DNA of 64,000 nt from an uncultured Haloferula sp. (lineage in GTDB: Bacteria; Verrucomicrobiota; Verrucomicrobiia; Verrucomicrobiales; Akkermansiaceae): NCBI GenBank assembly GCA_965652295.1, contig CBFGTS010000014.1:45794-109793 (forward strand), written 5' to 3'. The position numbers and the translations under genes are program-made. The notes beneath the pieces are model-generated. The model was not told where the DNA came from. It ran no database searches and saw only the letters and a program-made list of their open reading frames with translations. Shown one piece after another: positions 60,687 to 64,000 of the stretch (the stretch's first letter is position 1; every line of letters starts with the position of its first letter).

Positions 60687-62126
60687 TCAGACGATCTTCG
60701 GGAAATCGAACTCCTTGCGATACTCCGGCTTGGCCAGCTCGGCGATCCCGCCGCCGCCGCCGACCCGCTTCGCGGCATCGAGCGTGGCCGTTTCTCCCAG
60801 AACATAAGGCGTTTTCTCCGTATCGATCGACCAGAACCCGAGCTGCCGCTCCTGACGCTGGATCACTTCGCCGATTGGTTGCGGAACCGCGTCCACCAGT
60901 GCCGTCCGCGCCATCGGCGAACCCGCCCGATACGACAAATTCGCCAGGTGGAAGACCTCCGCGGAGTGCACCGCTCCAGCGAGCTTGCCGCGCAGCGACG
61001 AGGCATTCCGGGACTTCACCGCATCGAGGAAATTCCGGGCATGGCCTCCGCCGGCATCGCCGGGGAATTTGGCGATCTTCGTCTTCCCATCGTCTCCCAC
61101 CACAAAGCCACCACCGCGCCCCCCCCGGAACTCACCTCCCTCACAGCTGATCACCACACCCACCCGCAGGCCCTTGTAAGCGGGCGAAGCATTGACGTCC
61201 GGCTTGATCGTCATGTCGTTCACCTCGAAGATGACCGGCACACCCGCGAGCTTGTACCACGCGGTGTGGAGATTCGGCGTGTTGCCGGCGTCGTTCCAGC
61301 CGAAGCGGTTCCCGATGCACTTGATCCCGCCCGTGAACTCCGGGTCGCCGAGGATCCAGGAAATCAGATCGAACTCATGAGGTGCCTGGTTGCCGATGTC
61401 ACCGTTGCCCGTGTTGAAGTCCCAATGCCAATCGTAGTGCAGCCTCGGCCGAAGAATCGGACGGTCCTGACATGGACCGAGCCACAAATTGTAGTCCAAC
61501 GAGGGTGGTGGTTCGAGCGGCTGGTCGAGCTTCCCAATGCTTTCGCGGTTCCGGTAGCAAAGCCCGCGGATTTCCTGAATCTTGCCGAACTCCCCGTCCC
61601 GGATGCGCTGAAAGGCCTCGATCAGACCCGTATCGGAGCGGTTCTGCGTGCCGGCTTGGATGATCCTGCCGTACTTCTTTTCCGCCTCAAGAAGCAGCCT
61701 CCCCTGATCGATGGAAAACGTCACCGGCTTTTCCACATACACATCCTTCCCCGCTTGGCAGGCATGGATCGTCTGGAGCGCGTGCCAGTAATTCGGCGCG
61801 GCGATGATCACCGCGTCGATATCGTCGCGCTCCAGCAGCTTCCGGTAGTCCGTGAATTTCGCCGCACCTTTCGCCTTCGAGGCAAGACGGTCGAGGTGCC
61901 GCTGGTCCGGGTCGGCAAAGGCGACGATCTCGACGTCCTTCTCACCGGAGAATTGGCTGAAAAGCGCATCGCCCCGCCCACCACAGCCGATCAGCCCGAT
62001 CCGGATCCGCTCGTTGGCCCCGACAGCACCCAAAGACGGCAGGCTGAACGAGGCAAGCGCGGCGGCACCCGCTCCCTGGAGGAAACGGCGGCGGTCGAAG
62101 CGGATCGACGGAGAGGTGGTTTTCAT
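60687..62126 (-). CDS. Tat-exported Gfo/Idh/MocA oxidoreductase
   Basis: DRRRFL Tat motif, IGLIGCGGRG, DVYVEKP. Confidence 0.9.
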   Translation of the reverse strand: MKTTSPSIRFDRRRFLQGAGAAALASFSLPSLGAVGANERIRIGLIGCGGRGDALFSQFSGEKDVEIVAFADPDQRHLDRLASKAKGAAKFTDYRKLLERDDIDAVIIAAPNYWHALQTIHACQAGKDVYVEKPVTFSIDQGRLLLEAEKKYGRIIQAGTQNRSDTGLIEAFQRIRDGEFGKIQEIRGLCYRNRESIGKLDQPLEPPPSLDYNLWLGPCQDRPILRPRLHYDWHWDFNTGNGDIGNQAPHEFDLISWILGDPEFTGGIKCIGNRFGWNDAGNTPNLHTAWYKLAGVPVIFEVNDMTIKPDVNASPAYKGLRVGVVISCEGGEFRGGRGGGFVVGDDGKTKIAKFPGDAGGGHARNFLDAVKSRNASSLRGKLAGAVHSAEVFHLANLSYRAGSPMARTALVDAVPQPIGEVIQRQERQLGFWSIDTEKTPYVLGETATLDAAKRVGGGGGIAELAKPEYRKEFDFPKIV

Positions 62127-62252
62127 GCACCCCCTCCTACGCGGCCGGGAGAGGCGTTTTTGTCATCGGGATGAGTCCTGCACAAAAGGACACCCGGCAG
62201 AGACCGCCGGCGGGGCAAATGCCGCGACGGCGTGCCAAGCCGGATGCGAGCC

Positions 62253-63008
62253 CTACCCCTCATCGTCAGGAAAAAAACGTTCCCAAACCAGATCGCCTTC
62301 GATCAAGGCATTGCCATCCTTGCTCAAGACCATCTCGGTGCCGGCTGTCTCGTCCCAGTGGATGATCACTACATCCCGATCGATCACCTCATACCTCCAG
62401 TGAGCCATCCGCCCCTCCGGCCGGAAGGTGCGGATGTCTTTCGGATTGTTGGTGTTGATCCATGAGGTCCCTACAATCTGGGAACGCAGATCCGTGATCT
62501 CGCCGAATGCTCCGACCAAAACCCGCTCCTTTTCCTGCTCGATTCGTTCCGCCAGATTCTCATCCGAAGAGCTCTGGAAAGCGAGATCGCCCAAGGCCTT
62601 GAAGTAGGTTTCATCCAGCTTCGCCTGCTTCTCCGCATATTCTCCTTTGATCTTGTTCACGTCCTTCACGAAGCGGCCACGAGCCCTCTCCACGCTTGAG
62701 GGTAATCCGTCCGGAGCATTCTGCAGATACACCCCCTTTTCGATGACCTCGATCTCCCGCTTGAGGACCTCGACTTCAGCGATTTCGCCTCTCCGCATCG
62801 CCTTCCGGTCCGCGTCTTCCAGCTTCTTGAGATACACCAGGGCCAGAGCCCGGATCTCGGCGGCTTTATCGCCCTCCTGCTGCCGGGTGGTCTCCCGATG
62901 AACCTTCGCGAGCTTCTCCAGCTCCGGATTCGCCATCACGCCCTCGGCACCAGCAAGGACCGTCGCAACGATCAAAGACATACATTTCACCATCACACCG
63001 CTTCTCAT
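62253..63008 (-). CDS. Hypothetical exported protein (coiled coil plus small beta domain); start uncertain
   Basis: About 250-aa ORF, hydrophobic N-terminus, Glu/Lys-rich helices. Confidence 0.65.
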   Translation of the reverse strand: MRSGVMVKCMSLIVATVLAGAEGVMANPELEKLAKVHRETTRQQEGDKAAEIRALALVYLKKLEDADRKAMRRGEIAEVEVLKREIEVIEKGVYLQNAPDGLPSSVERARGRFVKDVNKIKGEYAEKQAKLDETYFKALGDLAFQSSSDENLAERIEQEKERVLVGAFGEITDLRSQIVGTSWINTNNPKDIRTFRPEGRMAHWRYEVIDRDVVIIHWDETAGTEMVLSKDGNALIEGDLVWERFFPDDEG

Positions 63009-63090
63009 GAGGAAGAATGAGTTACCGCATCCAAGCAATAATCTCTCCTGAGAAAAGGATTAAAGGGCATGTTTTACGATGAAGGGGCGG

Positions 63091-63486
63091 GCCGCTCCCC
63101 TGTAAGCCGGATTCTGTCAACCCACCGGCCCTTGCCGGCGGCGGACGATCATTTCTCTCACCGCCGAAGCGGCGGCCCCGATTGCTCGGAGCGGCGACTA
63201 ATACCCGGGGATCAAGCGGGCGGGCAGCCCTTCCCCTGTTCTGTCTTGCACCGCGTGGGGTTTGCCGTGCCACCGTCGTTACCTCCGGCGCGGTGGGCCC
63301 TTACCCCACCTTTTCACCCTTACCTGTGCCCTCGCGGGCCATCGGCGGTATGTTCTCTGCTGCACTTTCCGTCCGGCCGCCTTGACGCGACCGTCCCCCT
63401 TTTTCAAGAGGCACGCTGCCCTGTGGTGTCCGGACTTTCCTCTGCCGGCTTCCGAAGAAGCCAACAGCGATCGCCCGGGGAGCGGC
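63091..63486 (-). ncRNA. rnpB: RNase P RNA (bacterial type A)
   Basis: GAGGAAAGTCCGGACAC near the 5' end, ACAGAATCCGGCTTA near the 3' end, terminal P1 stem GCCGCTCCCC/GGGGAGCGGC. Confidence 0.96.
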
Positions 63487-63667
63487 ACGCGCAGCTTCGT
63501 CCCTCAGACCCCGAGTTCCAAGCCCCAAGTTTTGCTCTCCGTTCACGCGTGTTGCCTCATTGAAACGGACACCGAAATGGAATCAGGGACCGTGCGGCAA
63601 GGAAACGACACCGGAGAACACACCGAAAGGATGCGCGCGAGGACTGACCGTCGTCGCGACGGCGGCA

Positions 63668-63703
63668 ACGGAGCGCCGATTATGAAATCGGCACCGCCTC
63701 ACC
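63668..63703 (+). repeat. 36-bp dispersed palindromic repeat, copy 2
   Basis: Identical to 9048-9083. Confidence 0.85.
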
Positions 63704-63928
63704 TTCCAGGCCCGAAGAACAGCCTGGCTGCTGGGGCACCAACCGCGCGAAGGAAACATGAGTGGGCCCAGCGTGCTCGATCGAGCCGGGCAGTTTGCTT
63801 TCCCGTTCGCCAGGCACATCGACCAGCCCCTTCCCTGCCTCTCGATCTGCCTTCGAAATCTTCCAGGCCTCTTAGCCTGCTAGCCTCCAGCCGTTCGGGA
63901 CTCAATCGCATATCTGAGATATGAGAAT

Positions 63929-64000
63929 TCGGACCAAGACCGGCGTCGGACCAAGACCGGCGTCGGACCAAGACCGGCGTCGGACCAAGACCGGCGTCGG
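63929..64000 (+). repeat. Perfect 17-bp tandem repeat (at least 4 copies, runs off the window end)
   Basis: Unit TCGGACCAAGACCGGCG x4 plus TCGG. Confidence 0.95.

Noticed and set aside
62225..62245. TTGGCACG on the minus strand as a sigma54 promoter for the oxidoreductase
   Set aside because: GG to GC spacing is 9, not the required 10
63699..63971. 90-aa minus-strand ORF
   Set aside because: Starts inside the tandem repeat, low-complexity composition, no recognisable features
63929..64000. Possible CRISPR array
   Set aside because: Units are contiguous with no spacers, and no cas genes are in the window

Overview
High-GC bacterial chromosome segment. Gene content, operon layout and repeat style suggest Verrucomicrobiota (Verrucomicrobiaceae-like); this is an inference. 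Most of the window is housekeeping: a VWA/TPR (Bat-like) cluster, ribD, tsaE, rplU-rpmA, tlyA, DAHP synthase, a beta-CASP nuclease, two pilT-family ATPases, an amidase, the str-S10-spc ribosomal protein superoperon (rpsL to map, minus strand), an L,D-transpeptidase, a desaturase, tRNA-Ser(GGA), dnaK-groES-groEL and RNase P RNA. The accessory region at about 8.8-18.2 kb is a decaying chromosomal integron. It has a short remnant of a probable integrase with a LexA-like box, an attI-like site, and at least three gene cassettes (Zn-ribbon protein, membrane protein, FRG-domain protein) bounded by 126-bp attC hairpins. An IS110-family (bridge-RNA recombinase type) element sits 4-5 bp inside one attC, an IS4-like end abuts another attC remnant, and an IS30 fragment fuses the array to a large HExxH protein locus with two tandem paralogous membrane-anchored partners. 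Other notable items: an exported non-ribosomal gene inside the S10 operon, a sigma54-type promoter on dnaK-groES-groEL, a 58-aa ORF missed by the ORF track, a candidate structured rpsL leader and several families of short intergenic repeats. All calls come from reading the sequence; no database searches were run.
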